From NCBI GenBank assembly GCA_958296075.1, contig CATQHW010000001.1, positions 913,752 to 977,751 of the forward strand: a stretch of DNA of 64,000 nt, given 5' to 3'. Below, piece after piece: positions 1-8,560 of this stretch (its first letter is position 1; each line of letters begins with the position of its first letter). The notes under the pieces were generated by a model. The model was not told the DNA's origin. It ran no database searches and was given only the letters and a program-made list of their open reading frames with translations. This DNA is from an uncultured Spirochaetia bacterium. Lineage in GTDB: Bacteria; Spirochaetota; Spirochaetia; SZUA-6; Bin103. Both the position numbers and the translations under genes were made by a program.

Positions 1-281
1 CCGCCGTGTTCTACTGGAACATGTGGTTTCCGGTGCTCATCTTCATTCGCGAGAAATGGAAGTGGACGCTGCAGTACATGCTCCGCGACATCTATACCAA
101 TCCGTTGATCGGCGGCGGACAGCTTGATGTCGGCAACGTCGTCGACGACCTCGACAACATCCTTCCGCAGAATCTTATCAACGCGGCGATCGTCTGCACC
201 GTGCTGCCGGTGATCGTGATCTATCCGTTCCTGCAGCGGTATTTCATCCACGGCGTGATCGTCGGCGCCGTCAAGGGATAG
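1..281 (+). CDS. carbohydrate ABC transporter permease, C-terminal end (gene begins upstream of window)
   Basis: ORF 6..281 ends ...VIYPFLQRYFIHGVIVGAVKG. The permeases at 55226..56116 and 63813..64000 have the same C-terminal signature. Confidence 0.7.
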   Translation, partial: AVFYWNMWFPVLIFIREKWKWTLQYMLRDIYTNPLIGGGQLDVGNVVDDLDNILPQNLINAAIVCTVLPVIVIYPFLQRYFIHGVIVGAVKG

Positions 282-397
282 CGGCTTCGGGCCGGAAACC
301 AGAAGCCGCCAGGCACAGGGATCGAGCGATTCGGGTCCGCAGGAACGACTCGCGCCGCTGGCCTGCGGACAGGCAAGGTGTTACTAATGGCAATCGC

Positions 398-545
398 ATG
401 GCGATCGTCAGACTCGCGCTGATCGGATGCGGCGGCATGTCGGCCGCTCACCTGCGGTTCTTCAACCGGTTGAAGAACCGGCTGCAGCTCGCCGCCGCCG
501 TCGACGTCGACGAGACCAGGGCCCGACAGGTCCGTGCGCACCTGC
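398..545 (+). pseudogene. N-terminal remnant of a Gfo/Idh/MocA-type oxidoreductase
   Basis: MAIVRLALIGCGGMSAAHLRFFNRLKNRLQLAAAVDVDETRARQV is a Rossmann N-terminus like the one at 60580..61845. Protein-like sequence stops after ~50 codons, and a convergent gene ends at 654. Confidence 0.4.
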
Positions 546-653
546 AGGGGGGCCTGGGAGTGATCCTGGTGGCGACTGCCGTCGCGGTCCCATGGCGCCG
601 CCGCCGAACCGCGATCGGCTGAGGGACGGCGGCGCAGCCGGGGCTGCCGGGCG

Positions 654-1835
654 CTAGGCGGCGGGCCGCCAGCGGATCAGGGCCCCGGCGTTGCGGTAGT
701 TGCCGTAGGCGGTGAGGACCGAGCCGTCGCCCACGGAGACCGAGAACTGGTGGCCGCACGCCACCTCGAACCATCGATCCGTGCCGAGAGCGGCAAAGTC
801 GTCCACCACGTAACGGTGCTCCAGATCCCACGTGACCCCGTGATCGTGGCTCACGACGGCGTCGCAGCCACGCCGGTAGGTGGCCAGGTCGCCGGCCCCG
901 AAGTCGAGGCGACGGATCACGGTGAGCACCAAGTCGTCGTTGGGCAGCCGCAGCAGCGTGGCGTGGTGGCGGCCGGGGCCGAACACGAAGTCCAGCGGAC
1001 CCCAGCTCGCGCCCTCGTCCGTGCTGATCGACACCGCGGTGCCCTCGAAGTTGTCGTAGTGGAGGGGGATGTAGCGTGCCGGCATGTCGGTGCGCACGGC
1101 GGCGACGATGGACCCGTTGGCGGCACGCACCAGTGCGCCCTCGCCTACTCCGCGCTCCACACGGTTGCCGGCGAACTGGTCGTACCACACCCACTCCTGC
1201 GGCCAGATCACCGGACCCCAGGTGCGGCCGCCGTCGCGCGACCAGCGGATGCAGCCGCAGCAGGGGTTCTGCGGCAGCCGCCCCTTGGACACCGTCTGCC
1301 CGGTTTCCGCCACCACCGTGGCGTTGCCGGCGGCGTCGCGATCGATCAGGGAATTGCCCTCGCAGTCCATCTGCGTGCCGTCGGGAGCCGGCGGCAGCCG
1401 GTCGCCCCGCTCCCAGGTGGCGCCGTGGTCGTGGCTATAGAAGCGGAAGTTGCCTTCGTCCGACCAGCTCGACATGAAACTGAGGATGCCGCTGCCCAGA
1501 TTGGACAGCATCATCGGCCGGGTCGAGCAGTTCGGTACCTCGACGTAGCGCCAGCTCACGCCCTGGTCGTCGCTCAGGCCGATTACGGTCTGGTTGGATT
1601 GCGCCAGCGTCATGGAGCCGGCTACGCCGGCCACCGCCCATCTGCCGGCGTCCAGCACCGCCAAGCCCCACGGAAACACCGGGCGCTCGCCGTGCCACGG
1701 CAGGAACCGGAACGCCGCCGGATGGCCGATCTGGCCGCCCGCGCCGTCATGCTGCATCACCCAATGGTCGCGCCACGCAAAGTCCGCGCGCGACGGCGCG
1801 GCCGGAAGCTGATCACTGCTCAGGGGTCGATTCAT
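654..1835 (-). CDS. BNR-repeat (sialidase/exo-alpha-sialidase-like) glycosidase
   Basis: Five SxDxGxTW Asp-box motifs (SDDQGVSW, SHDHGATW, SRDGGRTW, STDEGASW, SHDHGVTW). ATG at 1835 follows an AGAGGAA Shine-Dalgarno; the ORF track extends to a GTG at 1859. Confidence 0.8.
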   Translation of the reverse strand: MNRPLSSDQLPAAPSRADFAWRDHWVMQHDGAGGQIGHPAAFRFLPWHGERPVFPWGLAVLDAGRWAVAGVAGSMTLAQSNQTVIGLSDDQGVSWRYVEVPNCSTRPMMLSNLGSGILSFMSSWSDEGNFRFYSHDHGATWERGDRLPPAPDGTQMDCEGNSLIDRDAAGNATVVAETGQTVSKGRLPQNPCCGCIRWSRDGGRTWGPVIWPQEWVWYDQFAGNRVERGVGEGALVRAANGSIVAAVRTDMPARYIPLHYDNFEGTAVSISTDEGASWGPLDFVFGPGRHHATLLRLPNDDLVLTVIRRLDFGAGDLATYRRGCDAVVSHDHGVTWDLEHRYVVDDFAALGTDRWFEVACGHQFSVSVGDGSVLTAYGNYRNAGALIRWRPAA

Positions 1836-2004
1836 CGCCCATTCCTCTTGCCGGTTCACTTAAGTAGTAGTGCGGCCACGCCCGGCGCGCAACCGCGCGG
1901 CACGACCACCGCCATCAGAGCCGGCGCGCCACCAGGAGCCGGCTCCGCCGATCGGTACGGTGCTATCGATCGCCACGACGGTATGACCTCCCGCGACCAC
2001 CACT

Positions 2005-2047
2005 TAGCCACACGGTGCTCAATTGTTAGCCACGCGGTGCTCAATTG
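2005..2047. repeat. two tandem copies of TAGCCAC(A/G)CGGTGCTCAATTG (22-bp period) in a divergent promoter region
   Basis: Read directly: copies at 2005-2025 and 2027-2047 with one mismatch, between the divergent starts at 1835 (-) and 2089 (+). Confidence 0.6.
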
Positions 2048-2088
2048 GTACAGTATGTGCCATCGGAGGCGCCCGCGGAGGTGATGCC

Positions 2089-2674
2089 ATGACCGACCTG
2101 CAGATCGTTACCGGTCCGAATCCCGACACCATCACCGCATTCGCCGCCGCCGAGCTGGCGCGCTACGCCCGCGACCTGTTCGGCGTTGCCGCAGCGGTAA
2201 ACGCCCGGCCGGCGGCAGCGACGGCCAGCGTGTGGCTCGTCGCGGGCGACAGCCGCCTGGCAGTGCCGGACGACCCGCAGCGCTATGCCCTTCGGCGTTT
2301 CTCGCGCCCGGCGGGGGGCGATCATCTGCTCGCCGCCGGCGGCAGCCCGGCCGCCACCCTGTGGGCGGTGTGCGAACTCGTGCGCGTCGTTCGCGCGTTA
2401 CCACGCGGCGCGGCTGCGCTTCGCGGTAGGCTATCTGGATGCGGTGGCCGCCACCCGCGACGCGGGCGTCGCCGCGGCCGCCGGCCGCCGGAGCGACGCG
2501 TTGACGGGCCTTGCCGGCGCCCTGGCCCACCTCACCAAAGCGGTGCAGGAGTACGCCGCCGTCGCCGCCGACAACTCGGATCGCGGCGCCATCGCCAGCA
2601 TCAACGAATACGGCCTGCGCTTTCTGCGCACCACCCGCGACCGGCTGTACGCGGAATCCGGCGAGAGGTGGTGA
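2089..2674 (+). pseudogene. remnant of a larger glycan-active enzyme gene (N- and C-terminal pieces joined, frame switch near 2385-2400)
   Basis: A good SD (GGAGGTGA) plus ATG at 2089 gives MTDLQIVTGPNPDTITAFAAAELARYARDLFGV...LWAVCELVR in one frame. Protein-like sequence then continues only in the frame of ORF 2285..2674 (...AVGYLDAVAATRDAG...INEYGLRFLRTTRDRLYAESGERW). Confidence 0.4.
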
Positions 2675-2678
2675 GGTG

Positions 2679-4103
2679 ATGCCGGCGCGCGCCATCGATC
2701 TGACCGGCTACGGCCTGCCCTACTGGCTTGACATCGAGCGACCCCGCTACCCGGCGCTGGCCGGCGACGTCCGCGCGGACGTGGCGATCGTCGGCGCCGG
2801 TATCGCCGGGTTGAAGCTGGCCGATTACGCCTCCGCGCACGGCCTGGAGTGCGTCGTGCTGGAGGCGCGACAGGTGGGCGAAGGCGCGTCGTCGCGCAAC
2901 CAGGGCTGCATCGTCACCGGGCTGCCGGTCTCCTACGGCGCGCTGGCAGCGCGGGTTTCCCGGGGCGTGGCCCGCAGGCTGGTCGCCCTCAGTTACCACA
3001 ACCAGGAGCTGCTGGAGGAGCAGATGGCGCGCCACGGCATCGCTTGCGATTACGAGGTGCTGGGCGAGACTCTGCTGGCGCGCGGCGACCGCGGCGACCC
3101 CGAACCGGCGCTGGCGTCGCTGCGCCGCGATGCCGCCCTGATGGCGGAAGACGGCTTCGCCGCCGACTACCTCGACGCCGCCGCGGCCCGCGCCGTCACC
3201 GGCAACCCGCTGTTCGCCGGGGGCATCCGCTTCCGCCGCGACGCGCAGTTCCACTCCGGCCGGTTCGTGGTGGGGCTCGGCGCGGCCGTGACGCGCTCCC
3301 CGCGCGTGCGTATCTTCGAAAGATCGCCGGTCGCGGCGCTCGAATCCACCGGTTCCGGCGACGCGCATCTGCTGCGCACCCCGCGCGGGACGGTCAGCGC
3401 CGACCACCTGTGCGTGGCCACCAACGCCCTGGTGCCGCAGCTCCTGCCGGCGCTCACCGGCACGCTGCGCGCCGAGCGCGGGCAGGTGCTGGTGACGGCG
3501 CCCGGTTCCGAGCGCCCATGCCGCGGCTGCTTCGCGGCCGGCACCGCGTGGTGGCGGGACGTCCGCGACGCCGACGGGCGCTACCGGTTGCTGTTCGGAG
3601 GAGGCCGCAGCCGCGACGAGCCGGACAGCCTGTTCCCGCAGTACGCGGCCGGTGGCCACCGCAACCGGCGCATCGGCACCGCTGGCTTCCGCCCCACCCT
3701 GGCGCACCAGCGCCGCCTGCACGCGCACTTGGCGGAGGTATTCCCGCACTTGGCAGACGCTCCCGTGACCCATCGCTGGGGCGGGCTGCAGTCGTTCACG
3801 TTCGACGGGCTACCGGTGATCGGCGTGTTCGACCCCGAGCGGCGCATCCACGGCATGGCCGGCTTCTCCGGGATGGGCAACTCCTACTCCAACGTGGGCG
3901 CGGCCTACCTGGCTGCGCGCATCGCCGGCGCCGGCGACGGGCTGCCGCCGCAGTTCGCGGAGACCTTGGAGCTGATGCTGGCACCAGCGCGCACCGGCGC
4001 GCGCTGGCCCGGCCCCGAACCGACCCGGCTGCGCTCCCAACCCGCGGTCCGACGCAGCGAAACAGCGGTCAGCGGCAGAACGTCAGCGCGTTCGGTTACG
4101 TGA
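2679..4103 (+). CDS. FAD-dependent oxidoreductase (DAO family-like)
   Basis: DVAIVGAGIAGLKLA dinucleotide-binding motif near the N-terminus. ATG at 2679 follows GAGGTG and is in frame with ORF 2511..4103. Confidence 0.85.
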   Translation: MPARAIDLTGYGLPYWLDIERPRYPALAGDVRADVAIVGAGIAGLKLADYASAHGLECVVLEARQVGEGASSRNQGCIVTGLPVSYGALAARVSRGVARRLVALSYHNQELLEEQMARHGIACDYEVLGETLLARGDRGDPEPALASLRRDAALMAEDGFAADYLDAAAARAVTGNPLFAGGIRFRRDAQFHSGRFVVGLGAAVTRSPRVRIFERSPVAALESTGSGDAHLLRTPRGTVSADHLCVATNALVPQLLPALTGTLRAERGQVLVTAPGSERPCRGCFAAGTAWWRDVRDADGRYRLLFGGGRSRDEPDSLFPQYAAGGHRNRRIGTAGFRPTLAHQRRLHAHLAEVFPHLADAPVTHRWGGLQSFTFDGLPVIGVFDPERRIHGMAGFSGMGNSYSNVGAAYLAARIAGAGDGLPPQFAETLELMLAPARTGARWPGPEPTRLRSQPAVRRSETAVSGRTSARSVT

Positions 4104-4174
4104 GTCCGCCGGCCCCGGCGAATAGCGCCTCCTCATGCGGCGGTGGCCGGCCGCCGCACCTCCGTCCGCATCGG

Positions 4175-4794
4175 TCATGCCTCAGGTTTCCGGCGCTCAC
4201 GGGCTTGGCTAACGCGGCCGATTGTAAACGCCGCAACCAACGACGCCATACCGGTACCAATGGTAGCGTAGCCCTGGATATTCTTGTCGAAGAAGAGCAG
4301 TACGATGCCGCCTATGAGCGCCGTCATGGAATCACGAAGCCGAACACTTGCCCGCGGACGGACCCTGCTGAGTCCCTTGGTGATTATCGCCTCCTCGGCC
4401 CTCCGTCGATGTTCACCCTGTTCTTCTGCCATGCGGAGAATGCGGTCAGCAGCGTCAGGATGGCTTCGTTATATGCCTTCAGTATCGCGGGGCGGAAGAG
4501 GCCCACTGAAACTTCTACTTGCTGGCTGATCTCCTGGGTGACAGCCGGGCCAGGCTGCGGATCAGGTCTTGGAACACGCTTGCGGCGACGGCTTTTCTGC
4601 TCCGACTCATACTGAGATATCGCTTTAGCCAAGTCTACGCCAACAGCCTCGAAGTCGCTGTAGAGCGCTCGCGCATCGGCCTGTTGGTCGTCGCTTGCCA
4701 TGCTATATTCACTGAATACGCCGAAGACGTCCAATACGCTGCCCATGCTCCGAAAGAACGACGGGCGTGAGTACCAGTCAGCCATCCTGCGCAT
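4175..4794 (-). pseudogene. DUF2335-like membrane protein gene with a 1-nt frameshift
   Basis: ORF 4384..4794 (MRRMADWYSRPSFF...FRPAILKAYNEAI) continues in ORF 4175..4432's frame as PDAADRILRMAEEQGEHRRRAEE plus a 2-TM tail. This matches my recollection of the DUF2335 pattern. The junction at ~4466 looks like loss of one C (atccctgac to atcctgac). The region is AT-richer. Confidence 0.5.
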
Positions 4795-4815
4795 GTGCCC
4801 ATCCTGCGCATGTGC
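4782..4815. repeat. perfect 17-bp tandem duplication CCATCCTGCGCATGTGC x2
   Basis: Read directly: copies at 4782-4798 and 4799-4815. It duplicates the ATG region of the DUF2335-like gene and abuts the stop codon of the gene ending at 4815. Confidence 0.95.
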
Positions 4816-6188
4816 TATGACGCCCCCGGCGGCGAGCAGGAAACGGCGTAGATGAGGGCAGCCTGGAAGTAGAAGCGGAGCCGCAGCGGCCGGCCGGCGA
4901 GTTCGGCGCCGGTCGAGGTCGCCCACCGCAGCGGCAGGGCCGGCGCGTCGAGCGGCCCCTGCATGATGCAGCGCTCCTTTTCGTAGCCCGGCACCACCCG
5001 ATCCCGGCCATCGACGATCTCCGCCATCAGATAGGCGCGGTTGTCGCCATTGTCGACGCCGGGCGCCGGCACCCGGGCGTTCAGGCGCAGCGAACCGCCG
5101 TCGTGGGTGAAGGTGCGCGTCTCGAACACGCCGTTGGAGACGGTCCGCACGAACGTCAGGCGGTCCTCGCCTATTCCCCAGATCTCCCGGCCCTGATGGA
5201 AGCGCAGCATGCCGCCGGTCACCATCGGATTGTGCGAGATCACCACCGGGCCGGCGTGCATGCCGCGAAAGGGGCGGTCCCAGCGCAGGCCGTCGCGGCT
5301 GATCCACCACTCCGTGTCGAGCATCCCCGGCCCGTGGCCGTCCGCCCGCACCGGGGCGACGCCCGGCGGCATGAAGCTGCCCACGTAGTTGAGCACCTGC
5401 AGGAAGCAGGTCTCCCGGTACCGGAACGGCCGGGCGACGTAGAACTCCAGGTCGGGCGGGTCGAGCTCGTCGCGGGCGATCTGATGCTCGCGCGGCAGCA
5501 GCGGTCCGCCCAGGCGCCGCATCTCCGCGACGCCGGCGAAATCGAACCCCGGCTGCATGCCGTTGGCGAAGTCGTTGGGGTCGTCCGGGGTCCAGCGCAG
5601 GCCGTCCCTGCTGGTGCGCACCGACACCGTGCGCATGCCGTCGCGCATCAACTCGTTCAGCCGCTTGTCCGGATCGTGGACGATCCCCTTGTTGTAGCAG
5701 ATGAACCGCCGCGCCGCCGGGCTCCACATCGCCCCCCAGTTGTCGCCTTCCCGGTACACCGGATTGTGCGGACTCGGCTCCCAGCGCTCGCCATCGCCGG
5801 AGACGAACGCGTGCGTGTCGAAGCTGCCCCCGTAGTCGCGGCTGTTCTTGAGAACCAGATAGCGCTCCAACTCCGGGCTGTAGCTGACGGTCGCCGTGTG
5901 CGCCCACTCCGCGTTGGGCGGCTTGGCGAGGTCCGCGCCTTCCAGCACCACGCGCACGTCGTGAAAGGTCGTGCCGTCGTCCGTGTTGGCGCGCAGCACC
6001 TGCCACGGGATGCCCTTGGCGCCGCGCACGCCGAACACGTCGAAGCCGCCTCCGGGCAGCGGCCGGCAGAACGCAACCCGGAACGGCGGCGGCTCACAGT
6101 CGGCGAGCTTGCGGAGCGCGGAAGAGCCGATGGTGGTATGCCCCCAGACGTTCTGCAGGTCCCCGGCGTGGCAGAAGCGGAGGGTCAC
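4815..6188 (-). CDS. hypothetical glycan-active protein, possible beta-propeller fold (paralog of 7226..8560)
   Basis: 457-aa ORF colinear with the 444-aa ORF at 7226..8560. Shared blocks include VWGHT, WQ(V/L)(L/W)RA(N/S)T(D/T)DG(T/S)(T/A)F(H/D)DVRVVL, PPDLEFY and NGVFETRTFT. GTGA overlap with the upstream gene. Confidence 0.65.
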   Translation of the reverse strand: MTLRFCHAGDLQNVWGHTTIGSSALRKLADCEPPPFRVAFCRPLPGGGFDVFGVRGAKGIPWQVLRANTDDGTTFHDVRVVLEGADLAKPPNAEWAHTATVSYSPELERYLVLKNSRDYGGSFDTHAFVSGDGERWEPSPHNPVYREGDNWGAMWSPAARRFICYNKGIVHDPDKRLNELMRDGMRTVSVRTSRDGLRWTPDDPNDFANGMQPGFDFAGVAEMRRLGGPLLPREHQIARDELDPPDLEFYVARPFRYRETCFLQVLNYVGSFMPPGVAPVRADGHGPGMLDTEWWISRDGLRWDRPFRGMHAGPVVISHNPMVTGGMLRFHQGREIWGIGEDRLTFVRTVSNGVFETRTFTHDGGSLRLNARVPAPGVDNGDNRAYLMAEIVDGRDRVVPGYEKERCIMQGPLDAPALPLRWATSTGAELAGRPLRLRFYFQAALIYAVSCSPPGAS

Positions 6189-7186
6189 GGCGCGCTCTCG
6201 CGGACGGTGCCCCCGCGGAAGTCGACCGCCACCTTCAGCGCGCCGTCGCCGCGCGTGCGCGCCAGGGCATAGGCGTCGGCGGCGCGGGCCGGCGGCAGCC
6301 GGTGCGAGATCAGGCCGTCGACATCGACGTCGCCGCGCGCGATCAGGTTGATCGCCTGCTGGTACAGCGCGCTCGGGTTGCCGTCCGCTATGGAGGAGGT
6401 TTGCGTGTGCGGCCGCTTGCGGTACCAGGTCAGGTACGAGAACTCGAATGCGGGCTGCTTGGGCACGCCGAACAGCAGCAACTGGCCGTACGGACGGACC
6501 AGCTCCAGGGCCAGGTTGATCGAAGCCGGCTCTCCGGCGGCGTCGATGACGATCTGCGGCGGCACGCCGCCGGCCGCCTCCTCCACCGCCGCCGGCACAT
6601 CGTCGCCGGTCGGGTCGATGGTGCGATCGGCGCCGAAGCGCAGGCCGGCGGCGCGCCGTGCCTCGGTCAGATCGAGACCGATCACGGTGCGCGCGCCCAT
6701 GCGGCGCAGCATGGCGTCGAACAGCAGGCCGATGCCGCCCTGACCGATCACGACCACGGTGGCGCCGGCCACGTCGCGCAGCTTGTTGCAGCCGGAGATC
6801 ACCGTGCCGAGCGGTTGCGCGACCGCCAGCCGCTCGGCCGGCAGCCCCTCGGGCACCCGCACCAGACCGTCGAAGGCGATCGGAAAGCGCTCGGCCATGC
6901 CGAGGTGCGGCGACGGCGTGGCCAGCACGCGCTCGCCCGGCTCGAACGGAAAGACCGTCTTGCCGCGGTACTCGACCGCCTCGACGATGCCGATCACCTC
7001 GTGGCCGCTGTGGCCGGGGGCCAGCGGGTAGGCGTCGGCCGGCTGGTCGTAGACCGCGCGCAGATCGCTGCCGCAGATAGTGATCAGCTCCGGCCGGACG
7101 ACGGCGTGACCGGGCGTCAGCTCCGGCTCCGGGAAGCTCTCGATCCGCACCGTACCGGGGGACGTGACGTGCGCCGCTTGCATCAT
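6185..7186 (-). CDS. zinc-dependent alcohol/polyol dehydrogenase (MDR family)
   Basis: ICGSDL and GHSGHEVIGIV zinc-ligand motifs and VIGQGGIGLL Rossmann motif. GAGGAG SD precedes ATGATG at 7186. Confidence 0.85.
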   Translation of the reverse strand: MMQAAHVTSPGTVRIESFPEPELTPGHAVVRPELITICGSDLRAVYDQPADAYPLAPGHSGHEVIGIVEAVEYRGKTVFPFEPGERVLATPSPHLGMAERFPIAFDGLVRVPEGLPAERLAVAQPLGTVISGCNKLRDVAGATVVVIGQGGIGLLFDAMLRRMGARTVIGLDLTEARRAAGLRFGADRTIDPTGDDVPAAVEEAAGGVPPQIVIDAAGEPASINLALELVRPYGQLLLFGVPKQPAFEFSYLTWYRKRPHTQTSSIADGNPSALYQQAINLIARGDVDVDGLISHRLPPARAADAYALARTRGDGALKVAVDFRGGTVRESAP

Positions 7187-7225
7187 GGACTCCTCGTTAC
7201 TGCGTGTGCCTTGTGATTCATGCGC

Positions 7226-8560
7226 TCATGCGGTGACCGCGAAGACCCGCGCGCCGCGGAAACAGCACCGCAGCCGCGCGCGCCGTCCGGCCAGCCGCCC
7301 GGAGGTAGCGCCCTGCCAGCGCAGCACCAGCCGGGTGGCGTCGATCGGACCCTGCAGCAGGCACGCGTTCCGGTCGTAGCCGGCGATCACGCGGTCGCGG
7401 TCATCGACCAGTTCCGCCATCAGGTACGCCTCGTTGTGGTGGTTGGTGAACCCGTCGCCGGGAAGCTGCACGTTGAGCCGCAGCGGCCGGTCCGGCACCG
7501 TGAAGGTGCGCGTCTCGAACAGACCGTTGGATCGGGCGCTGACGTTGGTCAGCCGGTCCTCCGGCACGCCCCAGACCTGATCGCGATTGTAGAACAGCAG
7601 CTTGCCGGCCGCCTGGATCGGCCCGGCCATGATCGAGGTTCCCACGTCCTGGCCGCGGAACGGACGCTCCCAGGTCAGCCCGTCGTCGCTCACCCACAGT
7701 TCGTGCCCCAGCGTGCCGGGGCCGTGGCCGTCGGGGCGCATGGGCGGCAGTCCGTTGGGCAGGAAGCTGCCGCAGTAGGTGAGCACGTTGAGGAAGTAGC
7801 GCCCCGCGTATGCGAACGGCCACGCGGCGTAGAACTCCAGATCGGGCGGATCGTCCGCGTCCGGCGCGACGTGAAACTCGCGCGGCACCAGCGGTCCGCC
7901 CACCCTGCGCATGCCGCGTTCCCGGCGCATACCCCGCTTGTAGGCGTTCGGCGCCGGCGGGCTCCAGGCGACGCCATCCGGGCTGGAGCGGATGCAGACG
8001 GTGCGGTGCGCGTCCAGGAACAGCTCGTTGACCCGCTTGCGCTCCCAGCGCAGCCAGCCCTTGTTGTAGGTGATCCAGCGCCCGGCCGGGCTGCTCCAGA
8101 TCGCGCCCCAGCGGTCCCCCTCCGTATAGACCGGTCGCTCGGGCGCCTCCTCCCACGATTCGCCGTCGCGGCTGAAGAACGCATAGGTGGCGAAGCCCTC
8201 CTCCACCTCGGCGTTCTTCAGGCACAGGAAGCGCTCCTGCTCCGGGCTGTAGCTGACCGTGGCGACGTGCTGCCACCAAGTGCCGGCCGGCAGCGTGTAG
8301 TCGTTCGAGTCCAGGACGACCCGCACGTCGTCGAAGGCGCTGCCGTCGGTGGTGCTCGCGCGCCAGAGCTGCCACGGCGTGCGCTTGCCGCACCGGTAGC
8401 CCAGCACGTCCCAGCGGCCGCCCGCTCCTTCGGTCGCCAGCGCCATCAGAAACGGCGGCGCCCCGATGCCGGCCATCCGCCGCAGCGGCGTCGCCTCGAT
8501 GCGCGTGTGGCCCCAGACGACCGGCAGGTCACGCCGGTCGATGAACAGCAGCCTCACCAT
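7226..8560 (-). CDS. hypothetical glycan-active protein, paralog of 4815..6188
   Basis: Colinear similarity to 4815..6188 over its full length. Its start overlaps the sulfatase stop by 7 nt. Confidence 0.65.
   Translation of the reverse strand: MVRLLFIDRRDLPVVWGHTRIEATPLRRMAGIGAPPFLMALATEGAGGRWDVLGYRCGKRTPWQLWRASTTDGSAFDDVRVVLDSNDYTLPAGTWWQHVATVSYSPEQERFLCLKNAEVEEGFATYAFFSRDGESWEEAPERPVYTEGDRWGAIWSSPAGRWITYNKGWLRWERKRVNELFLDAHRTVCIRSSPDGVAWSPPAPNAYKRGMRRERGMRRVGGPLVPREFHVAPDADDPPDLEFYAAWPFAYAGRYFLNVLTYCGSFLPNGLPPMRPDGHGPGTLGHELWVSDDGLTWERPFRGQDVGTSIMAGPIQAAGKLLFYNRDQVWGVPEDRLTNVSARSNGLFETRTFTVPDRPLRLNVQLPGDGFTNHHNEAYLMAELVDDRDRVIAGYDRNACLLQGPIDATRLVLRWQGATSGRLAGRRARLRCCFRGARVFAVTA

Noticed and set aside
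750-2084. Long ORFs antisense to, or out of frame with, annotated genes throughout the high-GC flanks. Examples: 448..1194(-), 750..2084(+), 2601..3773(-), 2849..4615(+), 5103..6272(+), 6302..7216(+), 7220..8629(+), 8614..9864(+), 10041..10799(-), 12016..13203(-), 13296..14381(-).
   Set aside because: Arg/Ala/Gly/Pro-rich, low-complexity translations typical of shadow ORFs in ~70% GC DNA. Each is fully overlapped by a frame with clear catalytic motifs.
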